Origin: Acaryochloris marina MBIC11017 | Lineage (GTDB): Bacteria > Cyanobacteriota > Cyanobacteriia > Thermosynechococcales > Thermosynechococcaceae | Reading direction: 5' to 3' | Assembly: GCF_000018105.1 (NCBI RefSeq) | Contig: NC_009925.1 | Coordinates: 3,420,001 to 3,452,000, forward strand | DNA: 32,000 nt | Part shown: piece by piece, positions 9,183 through 17,129 of the stretch | Layout: each line of letters opens with the position of its first letter | Numbering within the stretch: position 1 is the first letter of the stretch | The notes under the pieces: model-generated | What the model saw: only the letters and a program-made list of their open reading frames with translations | Told to the model about the DNA's origin: nothing | Database searches by the model: none | Made by a program: the position numbers and the translations under genes

Positions 9183-9252
9183 TTCCCTCACACCACATTT
9201 AAAATCCAACTGAAAGCTAAGCTGATGTCTCATGACCCAAATTCAGCTTGCT

Positions 9253-9270
9253 TGAAGATAAATATTTTCA
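9253..9270. promoter_or_regulatory. AT-rich inverted repeat, Fur-like, in the AraC2-TBDR2 spacer
   Basis: TGAAGATAAATATTTTCA has arms TGAAGAT and TGAAAAT. On the minus strand it lies just downstream of a TAATCT -10-like hexamer (9279-9274). Confidence 0.3.
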
Positions 9271-9318
9271 GTTAGATTACTGGGGCACAACAGAATTTTT
9301 GCGCCCCAAACGCATTAT

Positions 9319-10413
9319 TTAGCTGGCGCGTTGCCAGGCATGAACCTGGAAGGTTTTAGGGTTAATGCCAAACTGCTTACGAAAAGCGGTAGCAAACCGA
9401 CTGCGACTGGTATAGCCGACCCGACCAGCCACGCCCTCAATCGACAGATTGCCGGTTAAGAGTAAATGCTGGGCTAGATTCATGCGACAGCTGCGTAAGT
9501 ACCCGAATGGGGTGGTACCGTAAACCTGAGCAAATCCTTGGTTGAGTTTCAGGCGATTTAAACCGACCCATCGTGCCAAGGTTTCAATGGAGGGAGGCAG
9601 ATCCAAATTCAAACGTAGAATTTCTTCTGCTTGGTAAATGGCGGCCAAATCTTCAGCATCCATATAGTCCTTAGGATCAATCATTACAGCTAATCGCTGA
9701 GCCACTAATTCCATCGCCTTGGCTTCCAAATAGGAGCGTCGATGAGCCCCTCGATAGGGACAACTCAGGATCTGCTCAATCAGACGATACATCTCACTAT
9801 TAATGGGGCTACTTCTAGCAAAATCGATGCTGGTCAGGCTGGTGCATAGACCGCTAGGAACGATATGTTCAAAACGTTTTTGTAAACGCGGTTTGCGTGC
9901 TGTAGTCATCAATAGTTTGAGGGCTTGCTCTGTGGAGCCGCCAAAGCGGCCTGTGAAATTGCGACAGCAAGTATGAATGACTTCTGCAGACAGTTGTTGC
10001 AGCGGTGTTTGCAAGCGCTCCATAAAAGCTAAGAAATAGGGAGTAAAGCTGTCCGATTTGAAAAGGACTTCGACCTTAAAGAACCGGGTATGATGGGCCT
10101 TAAATCCCAAATCCTGAAACCCAAAATAAGGGAAAAAGATACTTTTCCCGGCCTGGGGGCCTTCTAACTGAAATTCAAATTCGGCAATGTTCGAGTCTCC
10201 AGCTCCATCCAAGAGCAGCGGGCGATCCAGAGTATAGTCCAGAATCATTAAGGACAGATCGTCCCGCAAAAAAATCTCTTGCATATAGCCTTGACCTAAA
10301 TGTGGCGCGATCACTTGGACATCGTCGCTGGTGTCAGCATGATGTAAGCGTGTATCGTTCGTATGACCTGGGAGACGCCAGTCTGACATCCGATTCAAAA
10401 CTAAAGGTTTCAT
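9319..10413 (-). CDS. AraC family transcriptional regulator, PchR-like (AraC2)
   Basis: 364 aa with a C-terminal AraC double HTH (IETLARWVGLNRLKLNQGFAQVYGTTPFGYLRSCRMNLA...VGYTSRSRFATAFRKQFGINPKTF). Confidence 0.93.
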   Translation of the reverse strand: MKPLVLNRMSDWRLPGHTNDTRLHHADTSDDVQVIAPHLGQGYMQEIFLRDDLSLMILDYTLDRPLLLDGAGDSNIAEFEFQLEGPQAGKSIFFPYFGFQDLGFKAHHTRFFKVEVLFKSDSFTPYFLAFMERLQTPLQQLSAEVIHTCCRNFTGRFGGSTEQALKLLMTTARKPRLQKRFEHIVPSGLCTSLTSIDFARSSPINSEMYRLIEQILSCPYRGAHRRSYLEAKAMELVAQRLAVMIDPKDYMDAEDLAAIYQAEEILRLNLDLPPSIETLARWVGLNRLKLNQGFAQVYGTTPFGYLRSCRMNLAQHLLLTGNLSIEGVAGRVGYTSRSRFATAFRKQFGINPKTFQVHAWQRAS

Positions 10414-10448
10414 TATGCAGGACCTTAGATGTCAAGCTGGTTATTAAT

Positions 10449-10463
10449 TGAGAATAATTTTCA
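10449..10463. promoter_or_regulatory. Fur-box-like 7-1-7 inverted repeat upstream of AraC2
   Basis: TGAGAAT-A-ATTTTCA has one mismatch from a perfect 7-1-7 palindrome. It lies 36-50 nt upstream of the ATG at 10413, the same geometry as the box before AraC1. Confidence 0.45.
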
Positions 10464-10665
10464 TTTTTACATGACTGACCTATTTTGTAACTTCTAATAA
10501 CGGTGCCCTTTATAACCACGTAGGGTAGGTATTTATATCGCTGTATCTTCTTCGCTCTCCAATCACATACTCTTCCAGTTGGTGCCAATTGAATTTAGTG
10601 ATCTAATGCATCTGTGATTCGCCTGGATATATATGGATTTCTGGGGTTCAAGACGGCCCTAATGT

Positions 10666-11931
10666 TCATGTCACCGCTTCTATCGATCGCAGTTGCCGAA
10701 CACTATATCCACCAACGGCAAGCAACATCCCGCAGAGGGAAAAGATAGAAATTTGTAATGCCATACCCGCTCCTAATCCTGTGCCAAAAATAGGCCCAAA
10801 GAAGCCTGCTAATACCCCACTGGGCTGCATGGCTGGTTCAAAGAAATGATCGGCTAACGGACCTGCGATCGCATATCCGATCGGACTACTCAACTGGGTC
10901 AGCAAAAATTGCGTTGCAAACACTCGCCCTTGCACTTCCGGCTCCACCTTCGACATCCAAATTGCTTGGCTCGCACTCTCTGGAAATGGCGAACAGAATC
11001 CACACATTAGCGCTGTGCCAATCTTAGTCACCGTTTGCTGTGCGAGAGCCAACACAATAATGCCGAACTTCCACAGGGCACTGGCAATTAAAACACCGTG
11101 AATGCGGCGCTTTGGCCCGCCGCTAACACTAATGGTGAGTCCGCCCAGTAAACCGCCCATGCCAAAGAAAGCCAGAAGCGTTCCCCAAATTAGCGGATTA
11201 TTATTGCTCCGAGCTAAAACCATTGCGGGCAGAATGGCGAATATCGTACTGCCAATCAGGCTATTGACGATCCAAAAACCCAGTAGAGCCATCAGGCTAG
11301 GCCGAACCCAGAGATACTGTAGACCAAAGGCTAAGGAAGACCAAGACGTTTTGGGTTTAGTCGGCTGTTCTGGTGGCTGAGGAAGTTTGACCAAGGCGAG
11401 ACTGGTAATCGCCATGCCAAAGGTGACAATATCGATACTGAGAACCCCCGTTAACCCGGTAGCAGCATAGAGGGCACCCGCTAAAGCCGGAGCCAAAATA
11501 TAACTCCCTGACATTTGGACAGAGCCCAGGGCGGTGGCGCGAGCATAATGTTTTTCGGTCACGATTAAGGACAGAGAAGCCGAATAGGCTAGCCCTTGAA
11601 TATAGCCAAATAAGCCGTTTATGGCCCCAGAAATATAGAGATGCCACATTTGCAATTGATCTATGAGAAACAGCATCAGCAGGGAGAGGGTAGACAGTCC
11701 GGCGATGAGATCGCCTAGCAGCATTAAGGACTTACGAGAGTAGCGATCTACCCAGATCCCGGCAAAAGGGGAAACCAAGAGTTTGGGAATCTGAGTGAAC
11801 ACCATAATCAAAGACAAAGGGGTCGCTTGTCCGGTGATTTCCCAGGCCCATAAAGTGATGGCAAAGTTGGTTAGTTCTGAACCCAGGAGTGATGCAAACT
11901 GTCCAAGCCAGATGATCAGAAAGGTGCGCAT
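10666..11931 (-). CDS. MFS transporter, EntS/MFS_3-like (possible siderophore exporter)
   Basis: 421 aa and hydrophobic throughout, with roughly 12 predicted TM segments. The N-terminus MRTFLIIWLGQFASLLGSELTNFAITLWAW...VDRYSRK resembles the enterobactin-exporter (EntS) type of MFS. Confidence 0.88.
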   Translation of the reverse strand: MRTFLIIWLGQFASLLGSELTNFAITLWAWEITGQATPLSLIMVFTQIPKLLVSPFAGIWVDRYSRKSLMLLGDLIAGLSTLSLLMLFLIDQLQMWHLYISGAINGLFGYIQGLAYSASLSLIVTEKHYARATALGSVQMSGSYILAPALAGALYAATGLTGVLSIDIVTFGMAITSLALVKLPQPPEQPTKPKTSWSSLAFGLQYLWVRPSLMALLGFWIVNSLIGSTIFAILPAMVLARSNNNPLIWGTLLAFFGMGGLLGGLTISVSGGPKRRIHGVLIASALWKFGIIVLALAQQTVTKIGTALMCGFCSPFPESASQAIWMSKVEPEVQGRVFATQFLLTQLSSPIGYAIAGPLADHFFEPAMQPSGVLAGFFGPIFGTGLGAGMALQISIFSLCGMLLAVGGYSVRQLRSIEAVT

Positions 11932-12124
11932 AGGTCCTGGTATTCATAAATAGGAACGACGAATAGCTTCAGAATTTCAATCGGATTAACCTGCAGGGAG
12001 GTGAAAGATATATCGAGGTAAACCGATCAGCCAGTCGCCCTCAGGTGGAGTCAGGATTGAGGTTACAGATCTCGAAAACACTCCAGAAGTATTGGTAGTC
12101 GTTGTTCAAGCATGGAAGACTGTC

Positions 12125-12144
12125 GAATATTCAATATTCATTGA
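12125..12144. promoter_or_regulatory. AT-rich hexamer array, Fur-like, upstream of the MFS gene
   Basis: GAATATTCAATATTCATTGA contains the direct repeat AATATTCA/ATATTCAT. It lies just 3' of the SBP stop and about 190 nt upstream of the MFS start. Confidence 0.3.
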
Positions 12145-12161
12145 TGTCACGCAGATCAACG

Positions 12162-13223
12162 TCAATACTTGAATCGAGTGGGCATACGGCTGGTTTTAAT
12201 TTTTGAGAGTGACAGCTGCTGGTAGAGGTCACTGAGGAAAATTTCAGTGCCAATAGGCCCTAAGAGGGCATGGCATAGGTATACAGGGGTGAAATAGACC
12301 TTACCTTCTTTGCTCGGTGGTAGTGATTGTGCGATCGCATTCTCGCTCCACTCGGTTTTAATAGCTTTGATCTGCTGTTCCTCCGGGTTGGACGTTTTAT
12401 CAAGGTTTTGGCTGGAGAAGCCTTCGATCAAAATCCAGTCCATATCCAGATTGGTCAACGATTCTAAAGAAATCACATGACTCGGTTCTTGGGATTGGCT
12501 CAAAGCAGCCGGGACCATTACCTGAAACCCAACGTCTTCAAGCAAGGCCCCACAGGCACTGTTTGCGGTTTCTAGGCGCACGCCCTGGCTCAGTTGCTCA
12601 GACAATAGCAGCAAGACTTTAGGATCCTTAGCCACGATGGGCTGCAAATCTTGCTTTAATTTGGCAACTTGCCGTTGAGACTCCGCCGTCACTGCGGTGG
12701 CTTTTTCAGTTTTCTGGAGGGCTTGGCCAAGCGCTTTCAAATCGGGTTGCCAGGCAGAACCTGCACCGCTGTAGTCAAACAGTAAGGTGGGCGCAATTTT
12801 AGACAGCAATTTATACTCATCTTTATTCTTGATGCTGTCTGCCAGGATCAGATCCGGTTTCAACTTTGCGATCGCTTCTAAAGAAGGGCTCTCAGCAGTC
12901 CCCACATTGTCTGGCTGTCCTGTCAGATACTTTCCCAAATAGGGAATTTGCTGATCGGGCTGATCAAATTGGCGAGTAGGGAAGGGAAAATACTCGGCAT
13001 GGGCAATCGGCTGTACCTCAAGAGCTAGTAAGAGTTCCAATAAATTGGGACCAATGGTGACCACCTTTTGCGGTTGACCACAGACCTCTGTTTCACCCAG
13101 ATCATGGGTAATGGTCCGACAGTCCGTTCCTGTTGAGGTGGATGGAGTGGGACGGGTACAGGCTATGCCCACTATCGCCAAGGCCATCAGGAGGCCCATC
13201 GTTTTCAATCTCAGTCGTGCCAT
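12162..13223 (-). CDS. Iron-siderophore substrate-binding lipoprotein (FecB/FhuD-like)
   Basis: 353 aa. It has a signal peptide with Cys (LAIVGIAC) and the family motifs CRTITHDLGETEVCGQPQKVVTIGPNLLE, IPYLG and WSENAIAQSL. Confidence 0.9.
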   Translation of the reverse strand: MARLRLKTMGLLMALAIVGIACTRPTPSTSTGTDCRTITHDLGETEVCGQPQKVVTIGPNLLELLLALEVQPIAHAEYFPFPTRQFDQPDQQIPYLGKYLTGQPDNVGTAESPSLEAIAKLKPDLILADSIKNKDEYKLLSKIAPTLLFDYSGAGSAWQPDLKALGQALQKTEKATAVTAESQRQVAKLKQDLQPIVAKDPKVLLLLSEQLSQGVRLETANSACGALLEDVGFQVMVPAALSQSQEPSHVISLESLTNLDMDWILIEGFSSQNLDKTSNPEEQQIKAIKTEWSENAIAQSLPPSKEGKVYFTPVYLCHALLGPIGTEIFLSDLYQQLSLSKIKTSRMPTRFKY

Positions 13224-13251
13224 ACGCTCGCTTTCCTAAAAGGGCTGGGGC

Positions 13252-14292
13252 TTATTGAGTGGGAGAATTTACTGCCTGCAGTAAATCAGCTTGCAATTGT
13301 TTGAGTAACAGCTCGGTGCCAATGGGACCCGGTAGGGCGCGACAGACATAGGCACTGTGGAAGTACACTTGGTTCGATTTGCTGGCGGGTAACGATTGTG
13401 CGATCGCATTCTTCTGCCACTGCTGTTTCACCGCTGAGATCTGCTGCCCTTCCAGATCCGATCCCGCATCGCTAAAATCACTATTCCAGGCTAGGAAAAA
13501 GATCCAGTCAGATTTTAACTCTGGCAATAACTCAAGGGAAATATTGTTAACCCCGCGTGTCCCTGTATCAATATTTTTAGGCGTTAGTACCCTAAACCCT
13601 AGATTTTCAAGGAGTCCACCACAGCGACTGTCGCTATTCTCAATCGCCAGCTCTTGGTCCAGTTGCTCAGATGCCAACAACAAGACTTGCGGATATTTTT
13701 GGACAGCAAGCTGTAGTTGTTTGCGAGTCTCAGCCACCAATTGGTTGTGAGTAACAATCACCTGCTCTGCCTTTTCAGTACGGCCCAATACCTCAGCTAA
13801 CCTGCGAAGCTGGGCCTTCCATTCCTCTTTGACCCCATAGGAAAACAGCAGTGTGGGAGCAGCTTGAGATAACAGTGAGTACTGCCCCTGATGCGCTAGA
13901 GTACTCCCGACAATTAGGTCCGGCTTGAGTTTCAAAATGGCTTCCAAGGAAGGACTGTTCCAAGTGCCCACTTTTTTGACCTGGCCCTTTAGCCGTTCCC
14001 CCAAATAAGGAATTTGGGATTGCGGTTGGTCAAAGTCTGTAAACGGCAGGGCATAGTAATCTGCATAGCCTACAGGCTGTATATCCAAAGCCAATAGCAA
14101 CTCTAAAACGCTGGGGCCAATAGCAACAATGGTTTGGGGTTGCCCACAAATCTCAGTTTCACCTCCATCATGCTTAATGCGTTCACAATCGCTTGGAGTA
14201 AATGCTTCGGGTCGGTTATCCGCCTTGCCACAGGCTACGGTTAAAGCACCGATGAGTAGTGCAAGGCATAGAGACTGGAAAACGATGCTCAT
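13252..14292 (-). CDS. Iron-siderophore substrate-binding lipoprotein (FecB/FhuD-like)
   Basis: 346 aa. It has a signal peptide with Cys (GALTVAC) and the motifs CERIKHDGGETEICGQPQTIVAIGPSVLE and WQKNAIAQSL. The ATG overlaps the TBDR3 stop by 1 nt (TAATG). Confidence 0.9.
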   Translation of the reverse strand: MSIVFQSLCLALLIGALTVACGKADNRPEAFTPSDCERIKHDGGETEICGQPQTIVAIGPSVLELLLALDIQPVGYADYYALPFTDFDQPQSQIPYLGERLKGQVKKVGTWNSPSLEAILKLKPDLIVGSTLAHQGQYSLLSQAAPTLLFSYGVKEEWKAQLRRLAEVLGRTEKAEQVIVTHNQLVAETRKQLQLAVQKYPQVLLLASEQLDQELAIENSDSRCGGLLENLGFRVLTPKNIDTGTRGVNNISLELLPELKSDWIFFLAWNSDFSDAGSDLEGQQISAVKQQWQKNAIAQSLPASKSNQVYFHSAYVCRALPGPIGTELLLKQLQADLLQAVNSPTQ

Positions 14293-16886
14293 TACAACTC
14301 TACAGAGATAGATCCTCGAATAGTGAATGGCTCCCCTGGGTAGATGCCTCTAGCTCTCCCCCCATTCACTGAGCGGATAAAATTAACATCGAATAGGTTG
14401 TCAATGTTGATTCTAAAATCCCACTTGTCACGCCGATAGAAAATTGCAGCATTCGTCAAGAAATAGCTATCGGCCCTAAAGCTGTCCTCCAGATCGCCAG
14501 CCCGATCACCCACAAAATTAAAGCCCACCCCAAATCCTAGTCCCTGGGCATCCCCAGATTGGACTTCGTAAGTCGTCCAGAGGCTAGCACTATGTTCAGG
14601 GACACCGATCAAGTCATTGCCGATGGGGAAGGTATTGTCTTGGGTGATTTTGGCATCAATATAAGCATAGGAGGCAATCACATTCCAGCCCGGCAAAATT
14701 TCACCTGAGATATCAAAATCAATCCCCCGGCTATTTTGTTCCCCTGTAGTGATGACAGCAAAAGGGACAACAGGATCGGCGGTGGCGACATTTGATTTAG
14801 TGATATCAAAAAAGGCAAGGGTGGCTGACAATCGGTCTTTGATCAACTCCGCCTTAATACCAACTTCAAACCCTTCTCCCCGCTCTGCATCTAAAAGTTC
14901 TCCCAAATCATCCGTTTCAAAGGTGGGGTTAAAGGATTTGGAGTAGTTGGCATACAGGGCCAGATAATCCGTCGGTTGAAAGACCAGGCCAACCCGAGGG
15001 CTAAACGCTTCGTCCACCTGAGTGTCTTCGACCCCCGTCACAATGCTGATATTAGAGCGGTCGACGATATCGTAGCGAATACCTCCCACTAAGATTAGGT
15101 TATCTAGCAGGTAGATTTGATCTTGCAGGTAAACTCCCAACCGATTGACCGAATTGTCATTACCAAAGGCAATCGGCACCGTATCAAATGCAGGTTTGGG
15201 GTCGTATACAGGATTAAAAATATCGAGAAAACTGAAAAATTCAGGGGTGGGAGAAAATCTCGTTGCTCCATTGTTGTCTGCACGGGATAGATCAATCCCG
15301 GCGACGATATTGTGCCTAATCGAGCCTGTCTCAAATTCCCCCTGAAGACTGGTATTCAGATTGAAAAAGTTGTTCTCATTAAACTGAGCCGCAAAAACTC
15401 GTGTTAATGTTCCTGTCGGTTCATCTAGGGCAAAGGGCAAAGCGAGTATACCGTAATCATTTTTGTCATAGATATAGCTAAACTCATTGCGAAGTTTCCA
15501 CTTGCCATTAAAGCGGTGTTCTAGGCCATAACCCACTTTCAAGTAGGTTTTATCTATCGTATCTTCAGGGTTATTGGTGACCCGTGAGGGTGGGATATTA
15601 GCAATGCCATTGCCAAAAGCCAGGGTTCCAAAGTCGGCGGGATTATCCTCCTTGATGTATTCCAGGCTAAAGGTCACATCCGTTTGATCACTGATGTTCC
15701 ATGTTAAAGAAGGCCCTACGAAAAAACGATCAAAACTAGTCGTATAGTCCCGAAAACTATCTTCGCGGCGATAAAGGGCGTTGAGGCGGTACAGCAAATT
15801 ACCGTCTTTATCCAAGGGACCGGATAGATCGACACTGGGACTGACAAACCCTCGGTTACCGCCTTGGATTTGTAGCTTATAGAAAGGTTCCGATAAGGGT
15901 TTCTTGCGGACCAAATTAATCAGTCCACCGGGTTCTGACTGCCCAAACAAAACTGAGGCCGGCCCTTTTAGAACTTCTACTCGCTCTAAGTTCGCAATTT
16001 CAGGTTCAACGGAATTATCGCCAAACAGCCGAAATCCATTTTGCAAGACAGGAACGTTATCAAAGCCACGAATGGAAAAATTCAGTCCGCGACCATCGTT
16101 ATTCCCTAAAAAGGTGACGCCACCCACATTCTCCACTACCTCTTCGACGCCAATTGCCTGCTGATCTTCAATGATCTGCTTGGGAATGACTTGAATAGAT
16201 TGGGGAACATCTCGAATGGGCGAATCGGTCCGTGTCCCTATGCTGGCATTAGGTGGAGCATAACCTTCTTCAGGATTAGCCGTCACGGTAATTTCCACAT
16301 CTTCATCTTCTGCCAAGGTATCGGGTGCCGATTCTGAGGCAATAGAAAAGGTGAGTCCTGAGTCTGCATTGCTAACCGTCGCTGTGGGAGCTGAATTGGC
16401 TCCTGTAATCACGACTTGCACCTGATCATCGGCCTGGTTCGTGATGCTAATTTGCGTAATCTCAGGCGTTGGATTAGCTTGCTCAAAGCTGGGGTCTTCT
16501 GGCAAGGCCAGTACGGCATTGGGAATCACAGCACTCAGACGATTTCCCTCGGTGGTGGGGGTGGGAATACTAAGCTGTCCTGTCTCAGATTCCAAAATAA
16601 TATTGAGACCCTCAGGACTGGGTTCTACTCGCACAGCCGTAATCTCAACAATGGATGCCTCAATCTGGGCCTGCCATTCCTTAACACTAGTAGCAGGTTG
16701 GGCAGAAGGGGGCGTAGAGAGTTTCGCGAGGTCGATATCTGGAGTCTCAGGTACTCCAGCAGCCTGTTCAGCCCGAACGGGAAGCGGAGCTAAAAGGCCC
16801 AAGGTAGCAATCACAGAAGAGAGGCCGTAGGCTAGCAATTCAGGCAACATCGCCTGCTGAGCCAATTTTTTATACCGCTTAGACAT
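14292..16886 (-). CDS. TonB-dependent siderophore receptor (FhuA-type) with N-terminal AMIN-like extension (TBDR3)
   Basis: The track ORF starts at a GTG at 16901; the ATG at 16886 gives MSKRYKKLAQQ. It has a TonB-box-like DVEITVTA, plug motifs (VEVLKGPASVLFG, PGGLINLVRKKP) and a barrel ending in SISVEL. Confidence 0.95.
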   Translation of the reverse strand: MSKRYKKLAQQAMLPELLAYGLSSVIATLGLLAPLPVRAEQAAGVPETPDIDLAKLSTPPSAQPATSVKEWQAQIEASIVEITAVRVEPSPEGLNIILESETGQLSIPTPTTEGNRLSAVIPNAVLALPEDPSFEQANPTPEITQISITNQADDQVQVVITGANSAPTATVSNADSGLTFSIASESAPDTLAEDEDVEITVTANPEEGYAPPNASIGTRTDSPIRDVPQSIQVIPKQIIEDQQAIGVEEVVENVGGVTFLGNNDGRGLNFSIRGFDNVPVLQNGFRLFGDNSVEPEIANLERVEVLKGPASVLFGQSEPGGLINLVRKKPLSEPFYKLQIQGGNRGFVSPSVDLSGPLDKDGNLLYRLNALYRREDSFRDYTTSFDRFFVGPSLTWNISDQTDVTFSLEYIKEDNPADFGTLAFGNGIANIPPSRVTNNPEDTIDKTYLKVGYGLEHRFNGKWKLRNEFSYIYDKNDYGILALPFALDEPTGTLTRVFAAQFNENNFFNLNTSLQGEFETGSIRHNIVAGIDLSRADNNGATRFSPTPEFFSFLDIFNPVYDPKPAFDTVPIAFGNDNSVNRLGVYLQDQIYLLDNLILVGGIRYDIVDRSNISIVTGVEDTQVDEAFSPRVGLVFQPTDYLALYANYSKSFNPTFETDDLGELLDAERGEGFEVGIKAELIKDRLSATLAFFDITKSNVATADPVVPFAVITTGEQNSRGIDFDISGEILPGWNVIASYAYIDAKITQDNTFPIGNDLIGVPEHSASLWTTYEVQSGDAQGLGFGVGFNFVGDRAGDLEDSFRADSYFLTNAAIFYRRDKWDFRINIDNLFDVNFIRSVNGGRARGIYPGEPFTIRGSISVEL

Positions 16887-16947
16887 GATTGCTTCGCCCA
16901 CAGAGTCGTTATTAACTAGGAATCATAGGGGAGCAATTTTCTCACCA

Positions 16948-16989
16948 TCTTTGCGATCCGGACTTTTTTCTTTGCGATCCGGACTTTAT
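16948..16989 (-). promoter_or_regulatory. Perfect 19-nt direct repeat with 21-bp periodicity, candidate AraC/PchR activator box for TBDR3
   Basis: TCTTTGCGATCCGGACTTT occurs at 16948-16966 and again at 16969-16987. The proximal copy ends 20 nt from a TATGAT -10-like hexamer (16927-16922, minus strand). Confidence 0.5.
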
Positions 16990-17129
16990 TAAAATCCAAA
17001 CTGTTTCGGTGATGAATGACACGATTGCTTGGCTAGCAAAGATCAGGTCTTTGGTGTGCCTTGTCGGTAGGAACTCATACGTAGGCATAGACTAAAATTG
17101 TGATTTAAACTTCTTGCCTTGCAATTGCC

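Noticed and set aside
9197-9211. TTAAAATCCAA(A)CTG is shared between the TBDR2 start region (9197-9211) and the region just distal to the TBDR3 repeats (16989-17003)
   Set aside because: The match is an 11-mer plus 3 nt and is unlikely by chance. However, the positions relative to the genes are not equivalent, and one copy may be coding if TBDR2 starts at 9233. I cannot assign a function from sequence alone.
10590-10659. 24-codon minus-strand ORF (MNIRAVLNPRNPYISRRITDALDH) immediately after the MFS stop. Another tiny ORF lies in the 11932-12161 spacer.
   Set aside because: They are too short, have no ribosome-binding context or conservation evidence, and are indistinguishable from chance.
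16416-16830. Plus-strand ORFs of 125 and 129 aa antisense to the TBDR3 5' region. Similar antisense ORFs lie at 13379-13750, 22610-22969, 17155-17502 and 28135-28557.
   Set aside because: All are fully contained within well-supported genes on the other strand and have no recognisable motifs. They are typical shadow ORFs.
1040-16901. FecI/FecR-type cell-surface signalling for the N-terminally extended TBDRs
   Set aside because: No ECF sigma factor or anti-sigma gene is present in the window, and the extension does not look like an STN domain. AraC regulators are adjacent instead.
16948-16989. Possibility that the identical 19-nt repeats are a minimal CRISPR array or transposon ends
   Set aside because: There are only two copies, they are direct rather than inverted, and only 2 nt separate them. 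No cas or transposase genes are present, and the position fits a promoter.
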